Assembly (NCBI GenBank): GCA_963663405.2
Contig: CAXXSM010000143.1
Span: 1-64,000, forward strand
Source: a bacterium
GTDB lineage: Bacteria; Hinthialibacterota; Hinthialibacteria; Hinthialibacterales; Hinthialibacteraceae
DNA length: 64,000 bases
Direction of reading: 5' to 3'
Part shown: in pieces, positions 1-11,383 of the stretch
Layout of the letters: each line of letters begins with the position of its first letter
Numbering within the stretch: position 1 is the first letter of the stretch
Position numbers and translations under genes: made by a program
Notes under the pieces: generated by a model
What the model was told of the DNA's origin: nothing
Databases searched by the model: none
The model's input: only the letters and a program-made list of their open reading frames with translations

Positions 1-46
1 ATTCCCGCCATAGTTTACGGAATTTTTCTTTCCTAAATAATTCCAT
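1..46 (-). CDS. 5' end of a CDS running off the window (MELFRKEKFRKLWRE...)
   Basis: GAAGGAG RBS 7 nt before ATG at 46 on the minus strand; frame open to the window edge; product unknown. Confidence 0.4.
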   Translation of the reverse strand, partial: MELFRKEKFRKLWRE

Positions 47-202
47 TCGTTTACTCCTTCCGCAGTATTGTACCATTTACGGATTGATCAATATATATGT
101 AACGGACATCGAGAATTCGCTAAGCACGAACTTTTCCCGCGATCGATGAACCGATCTTTATTATATCGGATAAATAATGGGTTGGGCAGATGAATTAAAT
201 TC

Positions 203-1821
203 CTAAGGCGCATTCGAATAGACGGATACAACTTTGGATTTTTTGAATTCCAAATCAATCACACGGGTACTGCTAAGCAGAAATCCCGTAACATTGTTCT
301 CCGCATTTCGAAGAAAACGGCCTGTGTATCGAACTTGATTTGTGAAATTAGCAAGATCATATTCTTGAAATTCGCCATTCGCAGTGACTTCGCTTATGCG
401 GAACAAATATGGATGAATACGGGGTGGCTGGAAGTAAGAAAGCCTTCTTCATATGATACAGTATAGAAGATATCCAATTCTTCGGAATAATACCGCCCTG
501 CGTATTCTTCCGATGTTTCCGGCGTAAATTGAGGAGAAACGTTCTGGGTGGAGAATCCAGTCTCAATCGGCGTTTTCCGTGGATTGAGGAGGGATGGGAA
601 AAGATCTAAATCGGGAGATAAGGGTGTGAAACCGTTAAGTCCCCATCCTGCCAAAGAAGGCTCATGAATGAGATAATCGTTAAGGGAACTGGTTTGATTT
701 TGCATGAAATATTCAATGATTTGAATCGATTTATGAACTAGATCGCTTGATATAAAATCAGATGTATTCGCCAGAATAATGACTGATAGATGAAAACTGG
801 GAACACGTACATGCTGACAGTGAAATCCTGGGATGTCTCCTCCATGATAAACCACTTCTGGGCCTTGGCCACTCTCAACCACTAAGCCCATTGAAAACGG
901 TGTTTTCGTCCCGTCATTAAGGCCGCCTTTTCGTTTCATAGTAGCGATCAGAGAACGGCTGCCAACAATAGGATCGTAAAAATTCTGGTCCCACTTCGCT
1001 AAATCCTCGACCGTCGAATACATCCCACCTTCCCCAACGCTGGCGTAATTGATTGGCGTATACTCGTATCCTCCATCTTCCAAAGGCATATAAGCATCCG
1101 CCATGTTTTCAATAATAAGCCGGTTGTTATCAATATATCCACTGTGTGTCATTCCCAAGGGAGCGAAAATTCGTTCCCGAACAAATTCCGGAAATGTCAT
1201 TCCACTGACACGAGCAACGATTTCAGCCAATAACATATACCCTCCATTGCTGTACATAAACTGATCGCCTGGATCGAAATTCAAACGCGTCTGCCGTTCG
1301 AGCAGGGCAAGAATCTGTTCGCGGGTGACGAGATCGTCAAAGAGGGTTAATCCACTGATTGTCATCATACTGATGTGGGATCGAATCCCGCTGGTGTGAT
1401 AGAGTAGATGCCGGATCGTTACAATCTCTTGATAGGGGGGGATTTCGGGCACATAAAGCCGGATATCATCGTCTAAAGAGAGTTTTCCTTCTTCCTCCAA
1501 AAGTAAAATCGAGAAGGCCGTAAATTGTTTTGAATTGGAACCGGTTCGAAAAACTGTGGAAGATGTGATAGGAATTCCATAGCGAAGGTTCGCCATACCA
1601 TAACCTTTTTGATATACAATTTCCCCATTGTGAACAACAACCAATGCCAAACCGGGTGTATCCGTTTTGTCCCAGTTTATGAACAAGCGATCGGTTTGTT
1701 GAGTCCAATCAACAGCGAGAATAGAATGGGGAAAAATAAACGGCAGGATGGGAAAAATAAGGCAAAAGAATTGGCTAACGGTATTCCCATTACGATGTTT
1801 TTTAGATTGAAGAAGAAGCAT
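203..1821 (-). CDS. Serine hydrolase, beta-lactamase class C/PBP family, secreted; C-terminus split by a frameshift near 400-425
   Basis: SxxK (SNSK), YxN (YSN) and HGG motifs; signal peptide; ORF 203..406 (FLRNAENNVTGFLLSSTRVIDLEF) continues the typical C-terminal domain started by YAGRYYSEEL. Confidence 0.85.
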
Positions 1822-2073
1822 AATTCCGATCGTCCTTTCGCAAACGTGTATAAATATGTTATACGATAAAATATTGTATTTTTATTCATTATTAAAAAAA
1901 CAGTGGATTGATTTTGAAAAAGAATCGAAACGATTCATGGGATTTCAATGTAAAAGTCCTGAATCTGGTTTATATCACAATAAAAAAATTAAAAATAGAT
2001 TGAACATCAAAAAAGGAGTAGTATATTCTACTAATAAGTAGGAAAACTCCATCCATTATTTGGAAAAAGAATC

Positions 2074-2340
2074 ATGTCAATGGTCAAAAAATGCATCTCT
2101 GTAACAGATCAACAAGACCGCTGGATCAAAGCCCAGATTGAAACAGGGCATTTCGGCAATGAAAGTGAAGTTATTCGTAAATTAATATGGGAGCGGCAAT
2201 TGCGAGAACAAGAAACCACCGTTGAAATTGAAGCAATTCGCGAAGCATTGATCGAAGGCGAGAAAAGCGGTTTTAGTAATCGATCGGTGGATGAGATATG
2301 GGAAGAAGCCCGAAAACTTAATAAAACAAAACATGCCTAA
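2074..2340 (+). CDS. parD: ParD family antitoxin (RHH)
   Basis: ISVTDQQDRWIKAQIETGHFGNESEVIR and IREALIEGEKSG patterns; overlaps the start of the ParE gene. Confidence 0.85.
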   Translation: MSMVKKCISVTDQQDRWIKAQIETGHFGNESEVIRKLIWERQLREQETTVEIEAIREALIEGEKSGFSNRSVDEIWEEARKLNKTKHA

Positions 2341-2622
2341 TTACCGGCTTAGTAAAGCAGCTGAAGAAGATTTGATATTGATTGCGGAATACGGAGATGA
2401 GCGTCACAGGATTGCTCAGTCCAACCCCGATACCGTGATCAGCTAAAAAAACGGTTTTTTACTATAGCAGAAACTCCATATCTCTATCCCCCCGTTGACC
2501 ATATTCGAAAAGACTACAGACGAAGTGTGTGCGGAGAGCATTCGATTTATTACCGAATAGATTGTGATGGCGTAGAAATCATTCGTATATTAGGCCAACA
2601 AGACATCAGTAAGGCGTTTTGA
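2333..2622 (+). CDS. parE: ParE/RelE family toxin, frameshifted at AACCCCGA (~2423-2430); not in the ORF track
   Basis: Hand translation: MPNYRLSKAAEEDLILIAEYGDE... then, in another frame, RYRDQLKKRFFTIAETPYLYPPVDHIRKDYRRSVCGEHSIYYRIDCDGVEIIRILGQQDISKAF*. Confidence 0.8.
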
Positions 2623-2680
2623 AAGAGATGGGATACGATCTGTTATATTATTAGATCCAAGATTAAATTACAAGGAAACA

Positions 2681-2947
2681 ATGAAAGACGAACGGAAACG
2701 GGATATTGATGTTGTATTGGATGAACAGGGAACACTCATTCATGCGGAATGGGAACTGTTTGAAGAAGAAACGCGTACAGATGTTCTCGAGATGATCCGG
2801 AAATTATATCCGGATGAGCCTCTGATCTCCTCCACCGGGATGCAGGAAGGAACGAAAACGTTTCTTAAAATCGAACTTAAGAAGAACGATGGGAAATCAC
2901 GATATTTGATTTTCGACAGCGATGGGAAATTTATTCGGGAGAAGTAA
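2681..2947 (+). CDS. Small protein with PepSY-like repeat; possibly a gene remnant
   Basis: VLEMIRKLYP...KIEL...LIFDSDGKFI pattern; AAGGA RBS; no signal peptide. Confidence 0.45.
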   Translation: MKDERKRDIDVVLDEQGTLIHAEWELFEEETRTDVLEMIRKLYPDEPLISSTGMQEGTKTFLKIELKKNDGKSRYLIFDSDGKFIREK

Positions 2948-4451
2948 AAACCGGTCTTTTTTTCAGTGTTGGCGAAAAAATATATTCTTCTCCCGGCAGT
3001 AAATCCAATGCGGTTCCCCATGGCAAATATTCCCTATGAGAAGGTTGAGGGACAATCCCAATGACGGCCCATCCGGCCCGTGCGTAGCGTAACTCTAATG
3101 GGGATGTGCCTAGTTTCAGCCCCCGTAAAAAAGCGTCCGCCGGAATCGGTTCCGGCTCGTACCGCAACACCGCATATCCCCGATTTGAAAAAATTCCGGA
3201 ATTATCAATGACAACCGGCGCGGTAATCGTTAATTGAGTCAGTATCATTAATGTGGTTAAGATCCGGAAGGAACCAGGTTTTAAGAACGTATAACAGGCG
3301 TACAAAGTAAAAAGATTCAACGGCGCCGCCATAGTTGCGAACAGATCCCAATCCCGCGTCCTCAGCTGAGGATAAAAAAGAGTCGTCCAGATCAACGCCC
3401 AAAGGGAAAAATGGAAGAGAAACAGCAACCAGCGATTCTCGATCATTTTCCGCCAATAAGAAATCCCAAAGATAAATAATCCCGCCAATCCATAAGGCGC
3501 CAGCCAGAAGTGGAACATCACTTTGTCGTAGAGATGATCCCAGGAAAACGCGTCGTATAGGTAAGCGCCATGATCGTAGGGCTCAAACACGGGTGGAAGA
3601 TGTTCCAGCAGCGGTTCGGGACGTAAAAAGAAGGCCGCGCGGGCTGTAAAAAGAACGAGCCAGGGGAGATAGATCATCCACCAGGGATGAAGAGATTTCT
3701 TCCAAAGCTTGGAATGATACGTGAAAACACAAAAGGCGCCGATACCAAGGCAAGGTAAATAGATCCAGGGCGACCGGTGCAACAGGGCCGTGACAAGAAA
3801 GAGCCCGAAAAAAATCCCTATTCGCGCTACGTTCGTTTTTGAAAACGAGATCTGTTCGTTCTGTGAAACGTTTATGAATAAAGGAAGTAAAAGCAAGGCG
3901 GGGAAATAAAAAACGCCGCTGGAGTGGAACGCGGCGGAAAGCGCCATCGCCGCGCTGGGCCAAAGAGGAGACATCCGGCCTTGTACGCAGCGCCAAGACC
4001 AATAGGCGGCAACCATCAACAAGGCGCACGTCCAAGGATAGAACTCGATATGGCCGCAGAAAATTTGAAATACTAACGTGCTGGAACAAAAAAGAATGAG
4101 AATCGCCCGTTCGAAGAATGAAGAAAACGTCAAACAAGAGAGCCGGTAAAGCGCCCAAAAGAACACCAATCCGGCTGCGCAGGAAGAAAGCGCGATACAA
4201 TCCTCCACCCACCATCCAAGAAGCGGACGCATAGTAAAAAAGAGCCACCGGTACGCAAGATGAGAGAGGGGCGCGCGGGAGAGCGTGACAGCGTAGGGAG
4301 CGGCGCCGGCCGTCTGTTTACAGCAGAATTCTCCATCACCGATCTCCAAGTTCCAAGACCGGAGAGACCATAACACATACGCCAAGACAGTAAATGCTGC
4401 GATTTCAAGTATCTTTTTAATCCAAGACCGATCCATAAAATGCTCTCTCAC
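2931..4451 (-). CDS. Polytopic membrane protein (GT-C-like glycosyltransferase candidate) with C-terminal PEGA-like domain
   Basis: About 10 or more hydrophobic segments; HIEFY, AAFHSSG and RDWDLF loops; C-terminal PEPIPADAFLRGLKLGTSPL resembles PEGA. Confidence 0.55.
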   Translation of the reverse strand: MREHFMDRSWIKKILEIAAFTVLAYVLWSLRSWNLEIGDGEFCCKQTAGAAPYAVTLSRAPLSHLAYRWLFFTMRPLLGWWVEDCIALSSCAAGLVFFWALYRLSCLTFSSFFERAILILFCSSTLVFQIFCGHIEFYPWTCALLMVAAYWSWRCVQGRMSPLWPSAAMALSAAFHSSGVFYFPALLLLPLFINVSQNEQISFSKTNVARIGIFFGLFLVTALLHRSPWIYLPCLGIGAFCVFTYHSKLWKKSLHPWWMIYLPWLVLFTARAAFFLRPEPLLEHLPPVFEPYDHGAYLYDAFSWDHLYDKVMFHFWLAPYGLAGLFIFGISYWRKMIENRWLLFLFHFSLWALIWTTLFYPQLRTRDWDLFATMAAPLNLFTLYACYTFLKPGSFRILTTLMILTQLTITAPVVIDNSGIFSNRGYAVLRYEPEPIPADAFLRGLKLGTSPLELRYARAGWAVIGIVPQPSHREYLPWGTALDLLPGEEYIFSPTLKKRPVFTSPE

Positions 4452-4769
4452 GTTTTCATCAATCCAGCCCGGATAATGATAATCATAAGGAGTTTATTTC
4501 AAAACCCCTTTTAAAAATCCAAAACGATATTTTTTTTTCAACGGGGGTTGACAGAGGGGTAAATTTATGGTTTCTTACACATTACATAATGTTGGATGAT
4601 CAGCGTGCCCGATGAACAGTCTCATTGTGGCTATCCGCAAATTCGAATTATTTATCATGAACCGGTTTTATCATTACGTATTCGGATTGCGGAAGCTTAC
4701 CCCATGTAGGCGTTATGGGGCGCAGCATCCAAATACACCAATTACAAGAATGGAAGGAGGTGAAATTGG

Positions 4770-5396
4770 ATGAGAAGACTTCAGGGTTTTACGCTGATCG
4801 AACTTTTGATCGTTGTGGCGATTATTGGGATTCTGGCCGCTATCGCGGTGCCGAACTTCTTGAATGCGCAGGTTCGGGCTAAAGTCGCGCGTGCGGAATC
4901 AGAAATGCGGAGTTTGCAGAATTCGCTCGAATCGTTCTTCATCGACAACAACTCCTATCCCCCAATGGACAGTGACCGTATTCGCGCGCGCCGTCAGTAC
5001 AAAGGCCTCGACGCAGGCGACGCTTCTGCGCCGAATATCAACGTCGCTCACATCATGATCGGAACTCGTGGAGACCGCCGGATTTATTTAACCACCCCGG
5101 TCGCTTATATCTCCTCGATTCCATATGATCCGTTCCGTGGCGATGGCGCGGAATATGGGTATGGGTACGGTTCAAATGGTCAGAGTTATTATATCATGAC
5201 CAGTTTTGGACCAGATTCTCAGGAAGGGATTGGTGGAACTCAGGGAGAACTCGACGAACGTGAATATACGGGAGCTCGCTTTAGCGATCTTCGTCAAGTC
5301 GCCGTTCGGAAAGGGCAATTCCTGTTGCAACAGATGGTCTACAATTCTTCCAATGGAACGTCCAGCGCGGGTGATGTCATTCGTGTTGGCCCGTAA
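4770..5396 (+). CDS. Type IV pilin / GspG-like major (pseudo)pilin
   Basis: Prepilin motif QG|FTLIELLIVVAIIGILAAIAVP with E5; strong AAGGAGGTG RBS; monocistronic with terminator. Confidence 0.92.
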   Translation: MRRLQGFTLIELLIVVAIIGILAAIAVPNFLNAQVRAKVARAESEMRSLQNSLESFFIDNNSYPPMDSDRIRARRQYKGLDAGDASAPNINVAHIMIGTRGDRRIYLTTPVAYISSIPYDPFRGDGAEYGYGYGSNGQSYYIMTSFGPDSQEGIGGTQGELDEREYTGARFSDLRQVAVRKGQFLLQQMVYNSSNGTSSAGDVIRVGP

Positions 5397-5425
5397 TTTT
5401 GCATTACGTTATACAATCATCACAG

Positions 5426-5457
5426 TGGGGGAGTCGATACTCCCCCATTTTCTTTTT
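5426..5457 (+). terminator. Intrinsic terminator after the pilin gene
   Basis: TGGGGGAGT-cgat-ACTCCCCCA stem followed by TTTTCTTTTT. Confidence 0.85.
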
Positions 5458-5552
5458 CTCTCTTTCACTTATTATTTGGAAACGGATTCAAAACCACTCC
5501 ACAATCCTCGCAGGCAATTTCCGAAAACAGCGCTTCATTCCAACTATCATAA

Positions 5553-5624
5553 TTGAGCTCACAACCTGCAAATCGCGGGAGTGAATGAAAGCGAGCAGAT
5601 CTCGGAAACTCATTTTCATATAAA
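5553..5624. repeat. Repeat family A, copy 1 (one hairpin arm deleted)
   Basis: TTGAGCTCACAACCTGCAAAT...CGCGGGAGTGAAT...AACTCATTTTCATATAAA matches the copy at 37521 but lacks GAAAATGAGT. Confidence 0.75.
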
Positions 5625-5713
5625 TCAACCGATTAGATTCTTTCCTTCGATTCAATATAATAATGAACAGGAAATGAATCCACGTTTTTTCAGCGATTTA
5701 CGAATGAAAACCA

Positions 5714-5742
5714 TTGACAAGAATAGAAGACACTTGTATGGT
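5714..5742 (+). promoter_or_regulatory. Sigma70-type promoter upstream of the DksA/TraR gene
   Basis: TTGACA-17 nt-TATGGT. Confidence 0.5.
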
Positions 5743-5965
5743 CCTTCTTTCAAAAGATAATTTCTTTAAGCGCCGATACAATTTCTTGATAGAATCGTCC
5801 TATCTCTAAAGAATTGGAAAAGTGCTTAAAGGAGGGTATTAATCTGTAACGCTGTGACCCGTCTTCTCATATCACAGACTATTTGAAACGAATTGAGCGT
5901 TGTCGTATTTTAAAATACAAACTCGTTTCACTGGATTGGATAGAACAATGGTGAAAGAATTGACC

Positions 5966-6316
5966 ATGAAAAAATCGAATAAAAAACGCTTGGCCGAATT
6001 GAAGGAAAAACTTGAGCAAGAACGAGATCTGTTACTCCAGCAGATCCAAGACAGCCATAATGTGAAAGAGATTATCTCGCATGGCGATCTCGTCGATCAA
6101 AGCAATGATTACAGCGAGCGTGAGAATCTGCTTGGATTAGCCGAGCACGACCGTAATCGGCTGCTCTCGATCAATGAGGCGTTATCCATGATTGATGATG
6201 GAACATATGGGATCTGCGCAATGTGTCAAGAACCGATCCCGGAAGCGCGTTTGATCGCAATGCCGACCGCTAAACACTGTATTCAATGCCAGACAAAGGC
6301 GGAAAATTACGGATAA
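5966..6316 (+). CDS. dksA: DksA/TraR C4 zinc-finger protein
   Basis: Coiled coil with DLVDQS tip; GTYGICAMC...IPEARL.AMP.AKHCIQCQ; start at MKKS is chosen, upstream starts are possible. Confidence 0.85.
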   Translation: MKKSNKKRLAELKEKLEQERDLLLQQIQDSHNVKEIISHGDLVDQSNDYSERENLLGLAEHDRNRLLSINEALSMIDDGTYGICAMCQEPIPEARLIAMPTAKHCIQCQTKAENYG

Positions 6317-6588
6317 ACGATGATTGAAATGCTCTTTTTTGGTTTTGAATTAATTCAGCCATGAATCCAAAAAGGTAAGTCCCATCACGCTGTCCGCCGG
6401 ATTCTTCATCGCCTGCGGGTAATCCCTTGTCATTCAATCCAACGATCAAGATGCTTCACAGATTCTCTTGATGATCAAAATGGGATTCTCTTATCCAAAA
6501 ATCTCCTTCCAACACATTCAAATTTCTTCATTCCTATGTAAAATAGCTCATCTAAAAGGAATCGACCGTTGGAAAGCGCGTAGCAAAA

Positions 6589-9133
6589 ATGGAGATTGAT
6601 TTTTTACGTCATTTCGATTTTTCCAAAGAGCAACTATCGATACTCCAATCCACCTATGGGAACACATTGCTGCCTTTACAGGAGCGTGTAATCCGGGAGG
6701 GGAAATTGTTCGAAGGAGGCCGTTTACTGATCCGCGCGCCGACTTCGTCCGGAAAAACGTTTCTAGCGGAAATCCTCTTTCTCTATCATGTGACGAATGG
6801 AAAAAACGCCGTTCTGCTCATCCCCACCAAAGCGTTGGCGAATCAACGGTATCTCCAGCTCCAGCGCCGATATGAAAAGATTGGCTATCATATCGTCCTT
6901 TCAACGCGGGATCATGCGTATAACGACCGGGATATTCTGGAAGGCCGGTTTCATATGGCGGTTGTCATCTACGAAAAATTTCAATCACTGTTGATGATGG
7001 ACGATTCATTTCTATCCTCCCTTGGCGCATGTATCGTGGATGAGATTCACTATCTGTTTGATCCAGAGCGGGGTCCGGATTTAGAAATTCTATTGACTCG
7101 TTTGCGGGAAAAGGATCAATTGCAAATCCTGGGACTCTCCGCGATGGTCTCCGATCCAGACGTGGGAACGTGGCTGGGCGCGCAGACGCTCGCTGACTCG
7201 GAACGTCCTGTCGAGTTGCGGCAGGGAGTCTTGTGTCACAATCGCTTTACCTACCGGGAGTTTAACTCAGGCGCGCAGGGAGAAGAGATTCTTCCACTTC
7301 CCGAATTGAATGACGAAGGGGAAGCAATGCTCGAAGCCGCCCGTTATTTCGCTTCTAAGGGCGAAATGACAATTCTTTTCTGGCCCCGCCGGGATTTGTG
7401 TTATACTGCCGCGCGAAAATTGGCTGAAAGGTTTTGATGAAGAAGAGAATAAGAGCAGCCGCGCGTTTCAATCCTTGGAACCGACGTTGTTGAGTGAATT
7501 TCTTCATTACTTAGCATCCCGGCGCGTCTCCATTCATACAAGCGATCTCTCCCCCTCCGAACGGGCTGAGGTTGAACGCTTAGCGCAAGAGGGAGAACTG
7601 GGATTAATCTGCGCCACAGGAACACTGGCGGAAGGGATAAATTTCCCCGTTGTTAACGTTCTTACTCTCCCACGTATCTATGCGATCCGCCCGGAAGATA
7701 TTCAAAAGCGAAAACCGCCCTCCCCGATGCCTATTCCCCACGATCGATTATATAACATGATTGGCCGGGCCGGCCGTTTGGGGCTCAGCGATTACGGCCG
7801 TGGGATCATCGTTACAGCCTACGCTGGAGATGTGGACGGATTGCTTAAGAAGTATCTTCATACAGATCTACCATCCTTTTCATCTGTTCTCAACCGCGCG
7901 CCGTTGGATGAAACGATCTTAAAATCGCTTCGAAACACAGGAACGGCGAGTCGGGAAGACTGCTTTGATTTTCTCCTTCATACGCTGAGTGGTCAGGTGA
8001 ATCTATGGCCTTCAGATTTGCGTGACCGAGTCGATCAAATTGTGGATCGGCTCATTGAGGAAGGTTTTCTCACCGAAGAATCCGCGCTTCTTCACATTCT
8101 TCCACTTGGTTCGTTGGTCGTGAAACATGGCCTTTCTGTAGAATCCGCTAAACGCCTAGGCGATTATGTAAAAGAGGAACTCTATAGTTTCTTTAATCCC
8201 CTGGAGATTTTTGTATTGGTTTGCCTGCTAAAAGAAACAGAAGACGTCTATTTATCCGTCTCCCGCTCCGAGATCTACAACCATCAATGGAGCCGCGCGC
8301 TTTCCGATGCGTTGGAAAAAGAAGGATTGAATGTGGATTCCTATCTAGGACGGTTGCTGCATCCTCCCGAATCACTGCGTCCTTCCCATCATACAGCATT
8401 TAAAAAAGCCCTTCTACTTCGTAGGTGGATCGCGCCAGAAACGATTTCCATTCTGGAAAAGAATTATAAAGCCTATTCAGGTATGATTCGCCGTTTGGCG
8501 GATAACGCCTCTTGGCTCATTGGATGTTTAGCGGAATTAGCAGCTGCGCATGCCAAAGACCAGGAATGTGTGCGGCGGATGTTCGTGTTGCAAGAGCAGG
8601 CACTCTACGGACTCCCTGCGCAAGGATTGGATTGGGGGGGATTGCTGCGGAAAGGGATACTCAATCGATCCGAGATCCTTAAATTACTGGAATTCGGTTA
8701 TCAATCACCTTCGCAGGTCCGGGAAGAAGACCGGGATACATTAAGACGTTTCATCAGCGGCGAAGCGATGGAGGCGATCTACAAAACCCGGCGCCCGGAG
8801 ACTCCGAAGGATCGCCTTTCGAATGATTATATTGTAGAAATCAATCCAGCGCGGCCGGATGAGATCAAGGTGAATGGACATAAAATCTCATTGACTCCAT
8901 TGCAAGCCGGTCTGATTGACCGGTTGGCGCGGACACCGGAGGTTTTTGTTCCTTACGAAGATTTACTTAACTCGATTTGGAGAGAGAGCGCCGGGGATAA
9001 AAAACAACTTTCCAAGCAGAAAAACCTGATCAAAGGAAAAATCAATCGTATCGTGGGAAAAAAGCCGAACGATCTTATTGAGACCGCAGTCGGATTCGGC
9101 ATGGTATTGAGAGCGAAAGTCTATCGTACATAA
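6589..9133 (+). CDS. Ski2/Hel308-like SF2 helicase with C-terminal OmpR/PhoB-type winged helix; split by one extra T at ~7432-7435
   Basis: Motifs APTSSGKT, DEIH, LSAM, ATGTLAEGINFP and MIGRAGR; removing one T gives the continuous ERFDEEENKSSRAFQSLEPT. Confidence 0.88.
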
Positions 9134-9308
9134 AATTTGCAGGTCAAGATAAAAGTCTCGAAAGTGATACCGCTATATTAAGTAAAGGAAGAATGATTGA
9201 TCTTTATTCATCATTTAGGGAGTATTGGGTATTTATTGATTAACAGTGACGTGGACATTTTTCTTTTGAAAGAAAGGATTACCTTTTCAATTCCAGCAAG
9301 CCGCGTGG

Positions 9309-11357
9309 ATGGAGTCGCCTGAGATGGACATTTTATTTGCCGCATTTACCTGGGTGGAGATCGGAATCTTTTGTGTAGCGGGTATGGCGCTTTTCAGTCA
9401 CTTGCAGTATCGATTTTCCGAATGTGTTGTATATTCAATTGTCACAACGCTGATCCTCCTCTCGTGCTTGATACAATGCGCTTTTCTCATTGGATATCCT
9501 CCTTCTCTAATCGTCATGGAATGCGTCTGGGGGGCGGGATCTATAGTCTGTATTGTAAGATACCGGTCTAGTCTAATCCAACAATGGAAAGCCATAAAAC
9601 ACTTCGTTTCCGCCCATTTGGGAGTGTCTCTGGTTCTCCTGATTTGTTGGAGTTATCTGGCCATTCAAGCGTTCTTGTTACCGCCATTTACCTGGGATAG
9701 CATGGTTTATCATTTATCCCGCGTGCTTATCTTTCAGCAGGAGAACAGTTTTTTCACGAAAAACGTTAATACCTGGCTTCAAGCTTGCTTTCCACTTGGA
9801 GCGGATGTTTTGTTTCACCTTTTTTTACGCGCTTATACCGACTATGGAGTAGCGTTGTTCAGTTTTTTATCGTATTTAACGATCTGTATTGGTTCGTACG
9901 CATTGGCCCGCCGGTATACTTCCCCCTCGAACGCAATTTGCATAGCTCTTATCATCGCCAGTCTTCCTTTACTGGTTTACCAATCCATCTCCACAAAAAA
10001 TGATATCTTGAGCGCCGCAATTTCGATCTTCTGTCTGATCGCCGCTCACCGCCTCCTATCCACACCAAATCGTATCGATCTGGTAGCGGTTGTGATGGGA
10101 TTGTTTTTTGGTCTATCCATGAAGATAACGTTTTTTGCCTTTGCTTTCCCGTTTGCGTTCTTCCTCTCGATATTGCTGATTTCCCGCTATGGAGTAAGAA
10201 CCTGGATTTCTCTGCTGCTGTCGAATAAAAAAATGTGCGTGGGAGTTTTACTTGGAGCGGTCTTTGTTTCCCATAGTTGGTTTTACGCCTATAACTATTA
10301 TACATGGGGAGGCTGGTTTGGCCCTTCATACGCCAGCGAACGATTCACGAATCATGATGGTATTGTAGGCGCCGTTGCGAATATGACGCGGAATCTATTT
10401 GCCAGCGCGCATTTTTTAGTTCCCACGGACCATCTGACGCATAATCTTTTTGGATTCAGATTAAGCAAAGTGATTCAAAACCTCTACGAAACAATATTCG
10501 ATCCGCTATGGGGCGACGCCGGAATGCGGCGCCGGCCACCGGTCTCTTTCTCGATTCTATGGAAACCCGAGGAACAGGATTCGTGGTTCGGTCCATTAAG
10601 TTTTTTGATCTTGCTGCCCTCCATCTTCTATGTCCTGTTTCGTGGATCGGGTTTGCTGCGGGTGACGGCGGTAACTCTTCTAGCTTATTCATTTTTCATC
10701 TTTTGGAAGATCTGCTGGATGCCGTGGAATAATCGATTCTTTTCTCTCTTTTTTGCCGCTTCATGTATTTGCGCGGCTTTCGCTTTCGAAAGGATAAACT
10801 TGCGGACTTGGTTTCGGCGGGTGATACTGGCTCTATCGATTAGTATTCTATTTTTTTCGTGCGCGTTTAACAGCCATAGCCCCCTCTTTCACCACACTCA
10901 AATAGACAATCTTTTCCGCTCTCTCTTTTTACACAACCCACTTGATTATAGGTCAAGCGTCCATTCCATTCCCAATCTGTATAAACAGCATAGTGTATGG
11001 GAAAAAACGCACTTTGGGAGAGATCGTTATCTTTATGCCCGATGGTATTATGGCGACCGGCGAATCGAGGAATTCAAGGACAGTATCCCACAAAACAGCC
11101 GGGTGGCCGTTCTCGCGAATAAAAATACATGGATCTATCATTTTATGTTGCTCCGTCCAGATATCTGTTACATCTTTAAACCAGTACGATTCCTTAAAGA
11201 TGGAGACTACCCTCAGAAATATCTGAATAATTGCGATTTTTTATTGTGTATCGAACGAAAATGCGGAAGGATACTGGGCAACGATAAAGCCGTCACTGTC
11301 TGGCAGTCAGAAGATGATCCTCACGTGCGATATGGAAAGTTGTTTCGCCTGCGGTGA
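9309..11357 (+). CDS. GT-C fold membrane glycosyltransferase (ArnT/PMT, GT39/GT83-like)
   Basis: Many TM helices; PPFTWDSMVYHL, STKNDIL, GLSMK and PWNNRF loops. Confidence 0.75.
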   Translation: MESPEMDILFAAFTWVEIGIFCVAGMALFSHLQYRFSECVVYSIVTTLILLSCLIQCAFLIGYPPSLIVMECVWGAGSIVCIVRYRSSLIQQWKAIKHFVSAHLGVSLVLLICWSYLAIQAFLLPPFTWDSMVYHLSRVLIFQQENSFFTKNVNTWLQACFPLGADVLFHLFLRAYTDYGVALFSFLSYLTICIGSYALARRYTSPSNAICIALIIASLPLLVYQSISTKNDILSAAISIFCLIAAHRLLSTPNRIDLVAVVMGLFFGLSMKITFFAFAFPFAFFLSILLISRYGVRTWISLLLSNKKMCVGVLLGAVFVSHSWFYAYNYYTWGGWFGPSYASERFTNHDGIVGAVANMTRNLFASAHFLVPTDHLTHNLFGFRLSKVIQNLYETIFDPLWGDAGMRRRPPVSFSILWKPEEQDSWFGPLSFLILLPSIFYVLFRGSGLLRVTAVTLLAYSFFIFWKICWMPWNNRFFSLFFAASCICAAFAFERINLRTWFRRVILALSISILFFSCAFNSHSPLFHHTQIDNLFRSLFLHNPLDYRSSVHSIPNLYKQHSVWEKTHFGRDRYLYARWYYGDRRIEEFKDSIPQNSRVAVLANKNTWIYHFMLLRPDICYIFKPVRFLKDGDYPQKYLNNCDFLLCIERKCGRILGNDKAVTVWQSEDDPHVRYGKLFRLR

Positions 11358-11383
11358 AATTTAAGTAGAATTGGATCGATTAC

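Noticed and set aside
203-1821. Bona fide antibiotic-resistance beta-lactamase regulated by the BlaI/BlaR pair
   Set aside because: Generic serine-hydrolase family member, 30 kb from blaI; I saw no matching operator upstream and BlaR lacks a penicillin-binding domain
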